A stretch of 64,000 nt of DNA from contig JADHYN010000001.1 in assembly GCA_016782425.1 (NCBI GenBank), positions 67,100 to 131,099 of the forward strand. The letters are read 5' to 3'. The notes under the pieces were generated by a model. It was not told the origin of the DNA, searched no databases, and saw nothing but the letters and a program-made list of their open reading frames with translations. This document shows positions 8,010 through 18,078 of the stretch, one piece after another (positions within the stretch are counted from its first letter, which is position 1; each line of letters starts with the position of its first letter). The stretch is from Candidatus Omnitrophota bacterium. Its GTDB lineage: Bacteria; Omnitrophota; Gorgyraeia; JABMRN01; RBG-13-46-9. A program made the position numbers and the translations under genes.

Positions 8010-9521
8010 TCACATAATAGCCTTGAGAACTACGCTTGCGTAATTTGATCCGTTTGAAATAACATCTACTGCCCTATCGAGAAACATCTCGCGCGCTGTT
8101 GGAATAATTAAAACGCCTCCTATGACGCATATAATGGCCAGGGATATCATGGATATTTTCATGAAAGCCGGGACCCCTTGTATTTTTTCCCATTTCTTTT
8201 TAAGCTCGCCGAAAAACGCGTATTTCATGACTTTCAGGAATGAAGCGAGCGTAAGAACGCTCGCTAAAACAGCCCAGAAGGCATAGCCATATCTTTGGGC
8301 CTGGACTACCGCGATTATAATTATCAGCTTGCTGAAGAACCCGTTAAAAGGAGGTATCCCGGCGATTGCCATGGAGGCAATTAAATTAGTCGTGCCGGTA
8401 ACCGGCATTTTATGAATAAGCCCGCCCATCTCCTTAAGCTGGCGCGTTCCTGTCTCATATTCAATAGCGCCTGAATTTAAAAAGAGAAGCGATTTAAATA
8501 CGGAGTGATTAAAAAGATGAAAAAGCCCTCCCAGTATTCCAAGAGGCGTGCCAAGGCCAAGCCCAAGAATCACGTATCCGATCTGGCTTATCGAGTGATA
8601 CGCGAGCAATCTTTTCAGATCCCACTGTCCGATCGCTAAAAAGACCCCTATCACCATAGAAAGTGCGCCCAAAAACATTAGTATGGATGAGATCTCGGCA
8701 GTTATGCCGAATATATTGTAGAATATCCTGATGAGCGCGTATATGCCGAGCGATTTTATTAAAACCCCTGAAAGCATAGCGGATATCGGCGCGGGTGCTG
8801 AAGGGTGCGCATCCGGAAGCCATGCGTGAAACGGGACAAGGGCGGATTTAAATCCGAACCCCATCAAAAACAGCACGCTTACCATGAGTATGATATTCGC
8901 GCTTTTACCTCCAGCGAGAACACTTGCCATATCCGCCATGTTCAATGTGGAGGTAAAACTGTATAAGAATACTATGCCAAGCAATATAAAAAGTGACGCA
9001 ACGGTTCCCATGACCGCGTATTTGAATGCCGCTTCAAGCTCGTGTTTTTCTGTGCCAAAGGCAACGAGCGCGTAACTCGCCACAGAGGCAATTTCAAGAA
9101 ATACAAACAGGTTGAATATGTCGCCCGTTATCACAACGCCGTTCATTCCCGCCACCATCAAAAGAAACAGAGTGTAGAATTTCCATTTCGAGGTGTAATG
9201 CTCCATATAATTTATCGAGAATACGCAGACGGCGCTCGCGATCAAATTTACGACAACAAGCATGAATACGCTCAATCCGTCCAGGACCATGGCAATTCCT
9301 ATGGGCGCTTTCCACGCGCCTACGCTGTATACAAGCGTGCCATAACTATTTATGGCCCAAACAGCGGCAATAGCCGCCAAAAGCGAACCTAGAGTCGCGA
9401 AAAATCCGAGTAAATCCGGAAGCGCCTTAAAACGCCTCCCGAGGATAGATATTAAAAATGATCCGGTAAGCGGTATCACCACAAAAAGCGGTATTATGTT
9501 TAATGCGGTCGTTTGGGTCAT
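8010..9521 (-). CDS. Antiporter-like subunit, MrpD/NuoN/MbhH family
   Basis: 503-aa polytopic protein with FHAWLPDAHPSAP and SQIGY motifs. Confidence 0.85.
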   Translation of the reverse strand: MTQTTALNIIPLFVVIPLTGSFLISILGRRFKALPDLLGFFATLGSLLAAIAAVWAINSYGTLVYSVGAWKAPIGIAMVLDGLSVFMLVVVNLIASAVCVFSINYMEHYTSKWKFYTLFLLMVAGMNGVVITGDIFNLFVFLEIASVASYALVAFGTEKHELEAAFKYAVMGTVASLFILLGIVFLYSFTSTLNMADMASVLAGGKSANIILMVSVLFLMGFGFKSALVPFHAWLPDAHPSAPAPISAMLSGVLIKSLGIYALIRIFYNIFGITAEISSILMFLGALSMVIGVFLAIGQWDLKRLLAYHSISQIGYVILGLGLGTPLGILGGLFHLFNHSVFKSLLFLNSGAIEYETGTRQLKEMGGLIHKMPVTGTTNLIASMAIAGIPPFNGFFSKLIIIIAVVQAQRYGYAFWAVLASVLTLASFLKVMKYAFFGELKKKWEKIQGVPAFMKISMISLAIICVIGGVLIIPTAREMFLDRAVDVISNGSNYASVVLKAIM

Positions 9522-9856
9522 CCGTTAAGCTCCCGTATCTTGGTTATGTCGAAAGTACCATACTTCTGGTAGATCCGCATGGCTATTCCTATAAGTAACG
9601 CTGTTGTCGCAAGGCCTATAACAATAGACGTAAGGACCACGGCCTGGGGAAGAGCGTCGACCATGTTTTCTATGGCCTGCTCCGGCGAATGTATCGGAGA
9701 GCGGCCGCCTATTTTATAGGCAACAAGAACAAAAAATAGATTCACCGCGTATTCGCAAATTATAATGCCTACTATGATCTTTATTATATTGCGCTTGCGC
9801 AAGACGCAGTAAAGCCCTATCAGAAAAAGCGAGAGACACAAAAGATATAAACTCAT
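9518..9856 (-). CDS. MrpC/NuoK-like membrane subunit (MbhG-like)
   Basis: 112 aa with three TM helices and 4-nt overlaps with both neighbours. Confidence 0.75.
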   Translation of the reverse strand: MSLYLLCLSLFLIGLYCVLRKRNIIKIIVGIIICEYAVNLFFVLVAYKIGGRSPIHSPEQAIENMVDALPQAVVLTSIVIGLATTALLIGIAMRIYQKYGTFDITKIRELNG

Positions 9857-10314
9857 TTCTTATTTTCCTTACTCTCTGTGTCAAATTTTAATAGCACAAG
9901 CGCGACAAATATCGCGAAAAGCCCGGCGCCTACCTTAAGGCCTATCGCTATATTGCAAAGTGGTATGATGCCTGCTGAAAAGAGCCTGAAGGGCTCGCCT
10001 TTCGCTAAAAAATTAATAAAGAAATAACCGCTCGTAAATCCTATAAGCGCTATGCTTAAAAATATAATCGCGCCCATTCCCTCAAAAAGTGACGTTACTC
10101 CGCGTGGAAGCTTCTCGAGCGCTACATCCTTGCCGTAGGCAAGCATGAGATGAACAAACGAAAGCGCCACTATTATACCCCCGGCGAAACCACCGCCCGG
10201 AGAGACATGGCCGTGAGACAGGATATGGATTCCGTAAAGAAATATAAGCCCGACCGTAAGACGGGTAATCGTCTTAACTATAACGCTCATGCCTTTGTCG
10301 TGTTCGCGGCTCAT
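9853..10314 (-). CDS. MnhB-domain membrane subunit (MbhF-like)
   Basis: The HGHVSPGGGFAGG motif is typical of the MnhB/MrpB domain. Confidence 0.65.
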   Translation of the reverse strand: MSREHDKGMSVIVKTITRLTVGLIFLYGIHILSHGHVSPGGGFAGGIIVALSFVHLMLAYGKDVALEKLPRGVTSLFEGMGAIIFLSIALIGFTSGYFFINFLAKGEPFRLFSAGIIPLCNIAIGLKVGAGLFAIFVALVLLKFDTESKENKK

Positions 10315-10316
10315 TA

Positions 10317-10868
10317 TTAATATTCCTCTTTATCGGATATAGTTTCGTCCGCTCGTTTTCTTCCGATGCGGCGCACAAGCGCCAGAACGCCTATTACAGC
10401 GGTAAAAAGAACAGTCGCTTCTCCTAAAGTATCAAATGCCCTGTAATCGAGAATAACCGACGCAATTATGTTTGCAGCGCCTGTTTTTGGCAGCCCTTCT
10501 TTAAGGTAAGTTTCTGCCACTCTCATGATCGGATAGCCGAATTCCGGAAGATCCTTGAAACATTTATATGCTACGACCAATATTACGCCTATGAAACAAA
10601 CCGCGATGAACGTGTTCAGAACCCACCTGCCGGAAGCAGAAAATGGGAGATCCTTGCGGAGCGTCGCCCGTATTAGAATTATAAGCGCGAGTATTTCGAC
10701 GACAAGCTGGGTAATCGCGACGTCCGGTGCTTTCAAAACAAGAAAAGCTATGGAAAGCACAAGGCCCACGGCACCCAAAGCAACAACAGAAGATAAAAGA
10801 TCTTTTACTTCAACAGCTATTATAGCGCCTATTATCATCGCAATAAGCAAAAGATGCAGGTCAATCAT
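10317..10868 (-). CDS. DUF4040 plus MnhB-N-like membrane subunit (MbhD/E-like fusion)
   Basis: APDVAITQLVVE in the DUF4040-like part, then ILDYRAFDTLGE in the MnhB-like part. Confidence 0.6.
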   Translation of the reverse strand: MIDLHLLLIAMIIGAIIAVEVKDLLSSVVALGAVGLVLSIAFLVLKAPDVAITQLVVEILALIILIRATLRKDLPFSASGRWVLNTFIAVCFIGVILVVAYKCFKDLPEFGYPIMRVAETYLKEGLPKTGAANIIASVILDYRAFDTLGEATVLFTAVIGVLALVRRIGRKRADETISDKEEY

Positions 10869-10872
10869 ACAT

Positions 10873-12525
10873 TCACCTTAGCAATATAAAAAATAAAACC
10901 ATCATGCCAAGCAAGCACCAAGCCAGATATGTGGGGAGAACGCCGTTATGAAGGTATCGAAGGAAACCATTGAATCCAAATGTAAGCTTACTGCCTACTT
11001 CATATATGTCAAAGAATTTCTTGTTCGCGAGTTCATATATGAACTTAAGTATCCCTATTTCCTGTATGGTATTATAGAATTCTGTTCCGGAGAGACGCAT
11101 TTCGGGAACATCGCTTACTCTTTCTCCTCCCACGAATATTTCTGTTTCCCTCGGCTTCACGGCTTTTCCTAAAAGATATATAATGATACCTATTATAATA
11201 CCGGCTACTAACAGTATTGTTGCCGGCGCGGCCCACCAGCTACCTATAAAGCTTACAGGTTCTCCTATAGCCGGTAAGATAAACATCTTTAGAGGGACCC
11301 TGTAAACCAGGACGCCGAAGAGAACGCACAAGCCCGCCAGCGTAACCATGGGGATCCACATCGTGGGCCCGACTTCGCGTATTGGGTTCTGTGCGCTACG
11401 CACTTCGTCGAAAGGTTGGCCAAGAAATACCGCATGAATAAGTTTCATGAAACTCGCCAGTGTCAGAGCGCTACCGAACATCGCAGCTACGAGCCATATG
11501 AACCAGAGATGATTGCCATTTTTAGCTGTTTCAATAATACCCTGGTAAATCATCCATTTTGAAGCAAAGCCATTAAAGGGCGGAACGCCGGATATGGCAA
11601 GAGATGCAATGAGAAAAGCTATAAATGTAATAGGCATCATTTTCGCAAGCCCACCGAGTTTATCAAGATTCGTGGTACCGGTTCTTTTTTCGACAGCTCC
11701 ACCTGATAAGAAAAGGCCGGATTTGTATATCGCGTTATTAAGCATGTGAAAAAGGCCGCCCGCAATTCCTATGGGATTTCCTGTCCCTATTCCAAGCACC
11801 ATGTATCCTACCTGGCTGACCGCGTGATACCCCAGGAGTCTTTTTAAATCATGCTGCACAAGTGCCATCATGACCGCGGCCACGATACTAACGCTTCCTA
11901 TTACCATTAGAAACGTATTCATGGCGAAATTCATCTTAAATATATAAAGGGAGATCCTTGCGAGAAAATAAATACCCAGAAGCTTATCAAGTGACGCCGG
12001 AAGAAATGCTGTAACCGGAGTCGGCGCGTCTTCAGCCGTGTCCGGAACCCATGTGTGAAAAGGCATGGCTCCTGCCTTCGCAAACGCGCCTGCAGCAAGG
12101 CATAGATACGCAAGAATTGCGGCTTTGCTGTTAAGCGCGATATTCAAGCCGTCCATTTTAAAAGTTCCTGTCATCACCCAGATAAGCGCTATACCGAAAA
12201 GCATGAAGGCGTCGGTACCGCCTATTATTATGAAGGCTTTTTTAGCCGTAGCTTGAGTCCTTTTCTTATCTCCGAATCCTATTAAGAGATAAAGAAGAAG
12301 TCCTAAAAATCCCCAGAATATGACAAAAAGTATAAGATTGTTCGCAAAAACAGCCGCCATCGAGACTAAAAGCGTAAGTATTAGATAAAGGTAATAACTG
12401 ATAAGTCTCTTTTCTTTCCGCATGAATCCGAGAGAATAAATTATCGTTATGACAGAAAAAAATACTATGAATATGCTTACAAATATAGATAGGTTATCAA
12501 ATCTAAAAAGCTGATCGATTGTCAT
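10873..12525 (-). CDS. Second antiporter-like subunit, NuoL/MrpA family
   Basis: 550-aa polytopic protein with FHTWVPDTAEDAPTP and SQVGY motifs. Confidence 0.8.
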   Translation of the reverse strand: MTIDQLFRFDNLSIFVSIFIVFFSVITIIYSLGFMRKEKRLISYYLYLILTLLVSMAAVFANNLILFVIFWGFLGLLLYLLIGFGDKKRTQATAKKAFIIIGGTDAFMLFGIALIWVMTGTFKMDGLNIALNSKAAILAYLCLAAGAFAKAGAMPFHTWVPDTAEDAPTPVTAFLPASLDKLLGIYFLARISLYIFKMNFAMNTFLMVIGSVSIVAAVMMALVQHDLKRLLGYHAVSQVGYMVLGIGTGNPIGIAGGLFHMLNNAIYKSGLFLSGGAVEKRTGTTNLDKLGGLAKMMPITFIAFLIASLAISGVPPFNGFASKWMIYQGIIETAKNGNHLWFIWLVAAMFGSALTLASFMKLIHAVFLGQPFDEVRSAQNPIREVGPTMWIPMVTLAGLCVLFGVLVYRVPLKMFILPAIGEPVSFIGSWWAAPATILLVAGIIIGIIIYLLGKAVKPRETEIFVGGERVSDVPEMRLSGTEFYNTIQEIGILKFIYELANKKFFDIYEVGSKLTFGFNGFLRYLHNGVLPTYLAWCLLGMMVLFFILLR

Positions 12526-12538
12526 CTCTTTTTATCCC

Positions 12539-13717
12539 TTACCGCTTACCCCTTAGCTTTTCTGTCTTCTCCTGCGAAAGTTTTACTAAATCCTCGCCGG
12601 TATATAATTTCTTTCCTTTTATATTGCGCACAGCCATCCTCTCCGTGCAGCAATAGCAAGGATCTATCGCGGCAAGAATTATTGTCGCATCCGATATCGT
12701 TTCTCCCACAACGGTCGCTTTATATGTAGGCAAATTCATGAATGTTGGCGCTCTTACTTTGTGACGCGCAGGCCTGTTTGTGCCGTCAGAACGAACGTAA
12801 TGAAACGTCTCGCCTCTAGGAGCCTCGATATGTCCTATCCCTTCTCCGGGCGGAATGCTTTTTAGGTTGAGGTCTATTTCACCTTTCGGCAAATTCAGGA
12901 GACAGTGCTTCATTATTTTTACCGCCTCAAACATTTCAAGCACTCTTACGATAACCTTATCAAAAACATCGCCGTTCTGCGTTACTATCATATCCCACTC
13001 TACTGCATCGTAAGCTCCGTACGACGAGTCTTTTCTCACGTCTCTTGCAACGCCTGAAGCCCTGGAAGTGGGCCCGAGAGCCGAATAGTTTAGGGCCTCT
13101 TCTTTGGTTAAAACGCCTATTCCTTTCGTGCGGGCGTGAAGAACAGGATCATCTATTACGGCTTTTTTAAGCATATTAAGAGTTGGTACGATAGAATCTA
13201 TTTTTTTAATACACCCTGGTATGTCTTCGGATTTAATATCGCGCCTTACCCCACCCGGCTTAAACATAGCGTAGTTGTTTCTGTTGCCGGAAAGAATTTC
13301 CATTACATCCAGAATTTCTTCCCTCAACTTCCAAGCCCACATATAAACCGTATTATACCCCAGGAAATGCCCGGCAAGGCCGAGCCACAAAAGATGAGAA
13401 TGAATTCTCTCACCTTCGGCTATTATGGTCCGTATGTACTTGGCCCTCTCGGGAACCTCAACCGGTATTATGTCCTCGACGGCTCTGGTATAAGCAAACG
13501 GATGGCTCGTAGAGCAAATCCCGCATATTCTTTCTATGACAAAGGTTGACTGATCGAACGTCTTCATCTCTGAAAGTTTCTCTATGCCACGGTGGTTGTA
13601 CCCCACGCGGACGTCTATATCCACAACTCTCTCACCCTCAACGGTAAGAGTAAAAAATTCCGGCTCTTCCTGCAGCGGATGATACGGGCCTATTGGTACT
13701 ATTGTTCGTTTACTCAT
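12539..13717 (-). CDS. Group 4 membrane-bound [NiFe]-hydrogenase large subunit (NuoD/MbhL/HycE-like)
   Basis: N-terminal RICGICSTSH and C-terminal DPCYCCTER motifs mean all four Ni-ligand Cys are present. A 32-aa tail follows the R. Confidence 0.9.
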   Translation of the reverse strand: MSKRTIVPIGPYHPLQEEPEFFTLTVEGERVVDIDVRVGYNHRGIEKLSEMKTFDQSTFVIERICGICSTSHPFAYTRAVEDIIPVEVPERAKYIRTIIAEGERIHSHLLWLGLAGHFLGYNTVYMWAWKLREEILDVMEILSGNRNNYAMFKPGGVRRDIKSEDIPGCIKKIDSIVPTLNMLKKAVIDDPVLHARTKGIGVLTKEEALNYSALGPTSRASGVARDVRKDSSYGAYDAVEWDMIVTQNGDVFDKVIVRVLEMFEAVKIMKHCLLNLPKGEIDLNLKSIPPGEGIGHIEAPRGETFHYVRSDGTNRPARHKVRAPTFMNLPTYKATVVGETISDATIILAAIDPCYCCTERMAVRNIKGKKLYTGEDLVKLSQEKTEKLRGKR

Positions 13718-13718
13718 A

Positions 13719-13781
13719 TAGTTTTTAGTTATCAGTTTTCAGCTATCGTTTCTGATAACTGATTACTGAAGACTGATTACT
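13719..13781. repeat. Intergenic 9 x 7-nt array
   Basis: Units are tagtttt tagttat cagtttt cagctat cgtttct gataact gattact gaagact gattact. The array fills the spacer between the NuoC-like and large-subunit genes. Confidence 0.7.
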
Positions 13782-13784
13782 GCT

Positions 13785-14258
13785 TCATACTCCTCTATCT
13801 CGTATTGCCTTCTTATCCCATTCCTTATAGTCGCACCGCAACGGGTACACACCTTCCGGCCATTGGTCCGGCAAAAGAAGCCGTCTCAAATCCGGGTGGC
13901 CCTTGAAATTGATTCCCAAAAGCTCATACATCTCACGCTCGATCCAGTTCGCCGCCTCAAAAAGCGGCGCGAGAGAATCGATTTCAGGCTTAACTTTATC
14001 GAGTTTTACCTTGAACGAAATAAGTAAATTTATATCTTCGATAGTAAAATGATATAAAATTTCTATGGCACTTCTTGTATCCACCCCTGACGCAATATTG
14101 AACCGCGCGCAAAGTTCCCTGAATATATATTCAGAAACAATGCGGATCGATTCCGGTTTGATTTCGATATAAACTCTCTTCGGAGATTTATCGAATACTT
14201 CTAGTATGTCGCTTTTAAAGCGCTCTTTTATATCTTTTAAGATTTCGCTGCGCGTCAT
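13785..14258 (-). CDS. NuoC/MbhK-like 30-kDa subunit
   Basis: [27 protein letters not shown] motif, 157 aa. Confidence 0.8.
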   Translation of the reverse strand: MTRSEILKDIKERFKSDILEVFDKSPKRVYIEIKPESIRIVSEYIFRELCARFNIASGVDTRSAIEILYHFTIEDINLLISFKVKLDKVKPEIDSLAPLFEAANWIEREMYELLGINFKGHPDLRRLLLPDQWPEGVYPLRCDYKEWDKKAIRDRGV

Positions 14259-14680
14259 GCGTTTCCTTTCAACTTCTCGATCAACTTTACTGCTCCCGCA
14301 ATGATCGCCTCTGGCTTAGGCGGGCATCCCGGGATATACGCGTCTACCGGTATGATCTTATCTAAAGGCACCGGACAATTATAACTTTGCATAAACATGC
14401 CTCTTGACATGGCGCATTCACCTATTGCGACTACGAGGCACGGCTTCGGCGCCTGCTCATACAATCTTTTCATCCTTGTAACCGACTGCCTGTTACATGA
14501 GCCGGTTACTAAAAGAACATCCGCATGCTTTATGCTGCCGGCGAGAATCATGCCGAAGCGCTCAATGTCAAATCTCGGCGTAAGGCAATCCAGGATCTCT
14601 ATGTCGCAGTTATTGCAGCTTCCCGTCGAGAGGTGAAAAACCCACGGAGATTTAAGCAGTGCTTTAAGCTTAAGGCTCAT
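14255..14680 (-). CDS. Hydrogenase small subunit, NuoB/MbhJ-like
   Basis: Cys ligand pattern CNNC..GSC..GECA..IPGCPP for the proximal [4Fe-4S] cluster. Confidence 0.85.
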   Translation of the reverse strand: MSLKLKALLKSPWVFHLSTGSCNNCDIEILDCLTPRFDIERFGMILAGSIKHADVLLVTGSCNRQSVTRMKRLYEQAPKPCLVVAIGECAMSRGMFMQSYNCPVPLDKIIPVDAYIPGCPPKPEAIIAGAVKLIEKLKGNA

Positions 14681-14683
14681 TTA

Positions 14684-15607
14684 TTATAATCCTTTAAATG
14701 CTAATATGACCGCTATAATTGCCAGGATCGTAACCGGCCCCCAGAAAAATCTGACCGCCTGGTCTATTCGTACCCTCGGATTTGTATTTCTTATAACCGT
14801 TATAATAGCTACAAGACCCACATATTTTAACACGCCGTACAATAAATGTATACCGTCGGTCCTTAGTCCTCCCATGAAAATTATCATGAGAAAAAATGGC
14901 AACACGAAAAGCAACATGTTCTTCATGAGTTTATACACGGCGAGCGGCGTTCCCGAATATTCTATCAGCACCCCGCCTGCAATCTCTGTTTCAGCTTCAG
15001 GCATATCAAAAGGAACAAGTGCCAGTTTTGCCTGCACGCAAAGGATAGCCACGATAAGCGCCAAAGCGCCTGATAAACTTCCTGCAAAAACACCGTTTGA
15101 GGCCTGATAAGTTAATAGACTTCCGATTCTAATGGAAAAACCCGAGTGTATAACCGGCACGAGCACTGCAAGGACAAAAGGAAGTTCGTAGCTTAAAACA
15201 AGCTTCATTTCTCTTGAGGCTCCTATGCTCGCTAAAGGGTTGCTCGAAGCAAATCCGCCCATGATAATACTTATAGAAGGAATTGTTAAAACATAGAGCA
15301 CGACTATGAGGTCTCCCAAAAAAGTATTTTGTGTGTTTATATTGTTCATCCAGAGAATTGTCGAAACAAGCATGACGCTTGCCAGGCCAAAAAGTGGCGC
15401 ACCTAAAAAAGCTGCTTTCGACGCTCCTCGGGGAACGAGCGTTTCTTTGCCTAAAAGTTTTACGATGTCGATTAACGGCTGCAAAACCGGCGGCCCGACC
15501 CTGTATTGAACCCTGGCCGTGACCTTTCTGTCAATCCAGCTCGCCACAAGCCCGATCACCGCCGTTAAGAAAAAACCATATAAGATAAAATAAAGTAAAT
15601 AAATCAT
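14684..15607 (-). CDS. NuoH/MbhM/HycD-like membrane subunit
   Basis: Polytopic protein with RKVTARVQYRVGP and ETEIAGG motifs. I chose the start at 15607 (MIYLLYF) because the longer track ORF runs into a repeat element. Confidence 0.85.
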   Translation of the reverse strand: MIYLLYFILYGFFLTAVIGLVASWIDRKVTARVQYRVGPPVLQPLIDIVKLLGKETLVPRGASKAAFLGAPLFGLASVMLVSTILWMNNINTQNTFLGDLIVVLYVLTIPSISIIMGGFASSNPLASIGASREMKLVLSYELPFVLAVLVPVIHSGFSIRIGSLLTYQASNGVFAGSLSGALALIVAILCVQAKLALVPFDMPEAETEIAGGVLIEYSGTPLAVYKLMKNMLLFVLPFFLMIIFMGGLRTDGIHLLYGVLKYVGLVAIITVIRNTNPRVRIDQAVRFFWGPVTILAIIAVILAFKGL

Positions 15608-15617
15608 CACTGGTCTC

Positions 15618-15709
15618 GTTCCGATAGACGATAGACGATCGTGCCCTGCGGGCACTCGGACGATAGACGATTCGTCCTTTCGTACTTTCGTCCTTTCGTC
15701 CTTCGTAGC
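15618..15709. repeat. Palindromic intergenic element, family 1 (GTTCCGA..TCGTCCTTTCG), copy a
   Basis: gttccgatagacga .. cgtgccctgcgggcactcg .. tcgtcctttcgtactttcgtcctttcgtcc. Related to 22793-22889, 36877-36991 and 37800-37915. Confidence 0.65.
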
Positions 15710-15716
15710 TTAGTTT

Positions 15717-16232
15717 TCACGCTCGTTCCCTGTCCCAGTGTGTCGAATGCACTATTAAGTTGTCTCCCACCAGAAACGTGTTTTCACCTAATTCAACATC
15801 TCCTTTTTTTAAACTCAAGGCCCCGTAAGGGCAGCTCTTTATGCAAAGAGGCTCATTATTTTCTTTTCTTCTATCCAGGCATAAATCGCAACTACTGACT
15901 AAAAACGGCACCAGTTCCGGATAAATCGTTCCGTAAGGACATGCATGAGAACATGACTTACAGCTAATACAACGCATGTTGTGCCTTACGAGCAGCTTAT
16001 CTTTTTCTTTGTCCTGCTCGAGCGCGTCTTTCGGGCACGCATTAACACAATGCGCCTCCTCGCACTTCCTGCATACCAGAACATAGGTAGCGAGTTCCGC
16101 TATGGAAATTATTCCGTTATTGCCCGGAGTCTGCGTGTGATAAAAATAGCTGCATTTTATCTCGCACTTTTTACATTCGCCGGTAGCGCATGCGTCGAGA
16201 TCAATATAAAGCCTATCGTTACTTGTGCCCAT
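15717..16232 (-). CDS. Poly-[4Fe-4S] ferredoxin (HycB/CooF-like)
   Basis: Four Cys clusters, including CRKCEEAHCVNACP, CISCKSCSHACP and CDLC..CIKSCP. Confidence 0.75.
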   Translation of the reverse strand: MGTSNDRLYIDLDACATGECKKCEIKCSYFYHTQTPGNNGIISIAELATYVLVCRKCEEAHCVNACPKDALEQDKEKDKLLVRHNMRCISCKSCSHACPYGTIYPELVPFLVSSCDLCLDRRKENNEPLCIKSCPYGALSLKKGDVELGENTFLVGDNLIVHSTHWDRERA

Positions 16233-16235
16233 CTT

Positions 16236-17054
16236 TTAATCCCAAATCTCGTGGTAATTTTTTATCTGGCTATACTTAAATACCGGGCCATCCTTGCAGG
16301 CATAATATATGCCTATCCTGCAGTGCCCGCACTTACCTATCCCGCAGGACATATTTTTTTCCATCGAAAGATATATATTTTCATCCTGAAACCCCATGTC
16401 AAGAAGCTTCATGGTAGCATATTTCATAGCTATAGGCGGACCGCAGACAATTCCGATTCCGTTTTTGCAGTCCATACTAATGCCGTCCATTATGGTTGTA
16501 ACAACACCGACGTTTTCCTTCCAAGTCGGGTCACCCTTGTCGACGGTAAGCCGCATATCCACGCTTTTATGCTCTTTTTTCCACTCGTTTATTTCTTTTT
16601 TGTAAAGAAAGTCCTGCGGCGTTTTGCACCCGCCCCTGTAGATAACTTTCTTAAAATCACCTATATTCTCGAAAAGCTCGTACATGAGCGCCCTTAAAGG
16701 AGCAAGTCCGCATCCGCCGCCTACTACAAGGATTTCTTTGTTCCTAAAATCCTCCAAGGGGTAGCCTTTTCCGAGAGGACCCCTTAAGCCCACAGTGTCA
16801 CCCTTCTTAAGTTCGTGTATCTTTTCAGTAACCTTGCCTACTTTCATGACAGTTACTTCCATCATGTCCTTAACAGACGACCTCGAAGAAGGTGTAAACG
16901 GCGCTTCGCCGACGCCCGGAACGGTTAACTCTATAAACTGGCCCGCGCGAAATTCTATGGGTTCGACCGGTTTTAGCCGTAACGTCTTTATGTTGGACGT
17001 TTCCGTGATTACGTCGAGAACCTCTGTTTTTATGGGCCTGTAAGGATTATTCAC
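16236..17054 (-). CDS. FAD/NAD(P)-binding plus [2Fe-2S] oxidoreductase, sulfhydrogenase gamma (HydG)/AsrB/PyrK-like
   Basis: RAGQFIEL, GPLGKG and VVGGGCGLAPL motifs, plus the C-terminal CGIGKCGHCRIG. Confidence 0.8.
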   Translation of the reverse strand: MNNPYRPIKTEVLDVITETSNIKTLRLKPVEPIEFRAGQFIELTVPGVGEAPFTPSSRSSVKDMMEVTVMKVGKVTEKIHELKKGDTVGLRGPLGKGYPLEDFRNKEILVVGGGCGLAPLRALMYELFENIGDFKKVIYRGGCKTPQDFLYKKEINEWKKEHKSVDMRLTVDKGDPTWKENVGVVTTIMDGISMDCKNGIGIVCGPPIAMKYATMKLLDMGFQDENIYLSMEKNMSCGIGKCGHCRIGIYYACKDGPVFKYSQIKNYHEIWD

Positions 17055-18072
17055 CTTTGACCAGCCTTTTTAATACTTTTCGTATATCGATTTTAGCGGG
17101 GCACGCTGTAATACAGCGGCCGCAGCCGGTACATGCGTAAAAATCAGCCACTTTCGGGAAATAGTAGAATTTTTTCTCGAACCTGTTTCGAAGGCGCATC
17201 CAAAGCTTCGCCCTGGGGTTGGCGCCGCCCGCAACGCGCGCGAAATCCTTTATCATGCAGGAATCCCAGATTCTGAGACGGGCTAAATTTTCCTTATTTT
17301 TTTCATCGTAGAGAAGGAAGCAGTGGCACGTGGGACAGACAGTATTGCACGCGCCGCATTCAACGCACGCTCTTGCCTCATCCTTCCATATATCTGATTC
17401 AAAATTTTTCTCGATTATGCCCTTGAGGCTCTCCTGGCGCGGGACATTGTTTTCTTTTATGTTGCGTTCAACATCTTTTGTAACTTTTTTTCGTTGTTCG
17501 TCTTTTTGCGACTTAGCTCGGGTTTTTACACTTTCAAAAAGGTTTGCATGCGCATCAATAGTAGCCTTACCTTTTTCCGAACCGGTTTCCGCTATAAAAC
17601 CGCCTTCAACAGAAGAAAGGTTAATATCAAAATCTTTCTCAGGGTACGGGGTTACGCCTACAGCAAGGCAAAAACACGTATCTATCGCCGAGGTGCAGTC
17701 AGCGCTGATAATAAGGTTATTTTCTCTATTTCGTATATAAAACGGGTCCTTGTAGTCATGATTTAAAAACACATGGTCCTGAACCTTGAACCCCTTAAGA
17801 TCGCAGGCCTTTACCCCTACGATAGCGAGAGGCTTCTTATTCATTTGCGGAGAAGTATTTTTAAAGCCTTCCGCCACTATCTCTCTTGCGTGACTAAAAA
17901 ACGCCTTTGCCGGCTCAAAGGCCCTTACTTCACCTATTATTATATCTTCTCTTGGCGTGTCGTACTTTTTGTAAAACCTTTGTTTGTCCTTTTTTACGGG
18001 CACAAATACGTTAAAAGTATTTTTTAATTTGTCTAAAAATTTAAAAAAATTGTCGTTTGAGATATAGTGCAA
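17047..18072 (-). CDS. Fe-S subunit, sulfhydrogenase beta (HydB)/AsrA-like
   Basis: CVECGACNTVCPTCHCF and CTGCGRCITACP motifs, 341 aa, overlapping the HydG-like gene by 8 nt. Confidence 0.72.
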   Translation of the reverse strand: MHYISNDNFFKFLDKLKNTFNVFVPVKKDKQRFYKKYDTPREDIIIGEVRAFEPAKAFFSHAREIVAEGFKNTSPQMNKKPLAIVGVKACDLKGFKVQDHVFLNHDYKDPFYIRNRENNLIISADCTSAIDTCFCLAVGVTPYPEKDFDINLSSVEGGFIAETGSEKGKATIDAHANLFESVKTRAKSQKDEQRKKVTKDVERNIKENNVPRQESLKGIIEKNFESDIWKDEARACVECGACNTVCPTCHCFLLYDEKNKENLARLRIWDSCMIKDFARVAGGANPRAKLWMRLRNRFEKKFYYFPKVADFYACTGCGRCITACPAKIDIRKVLKRLVKGE

Positions 18073-18078
18073 AGCGTC

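Noticed and set aside
6114-15607. The membrane complex read as an Mbs/Mbx-type sulfane reductase or a complex I remnant
   Set aside because: The large subunit retains both the CxxC Ni-ligand motifs and a processing tail. A maturation protease and hyp genes are co-located.
15981-16697. 238-aa plus-strand ORF
   Set aside because: It is entirely antisense to the well-supported ferredoxin and HydG-like genes, has a low-complexity composition and no recognisable motif. It is a shadow ORF.
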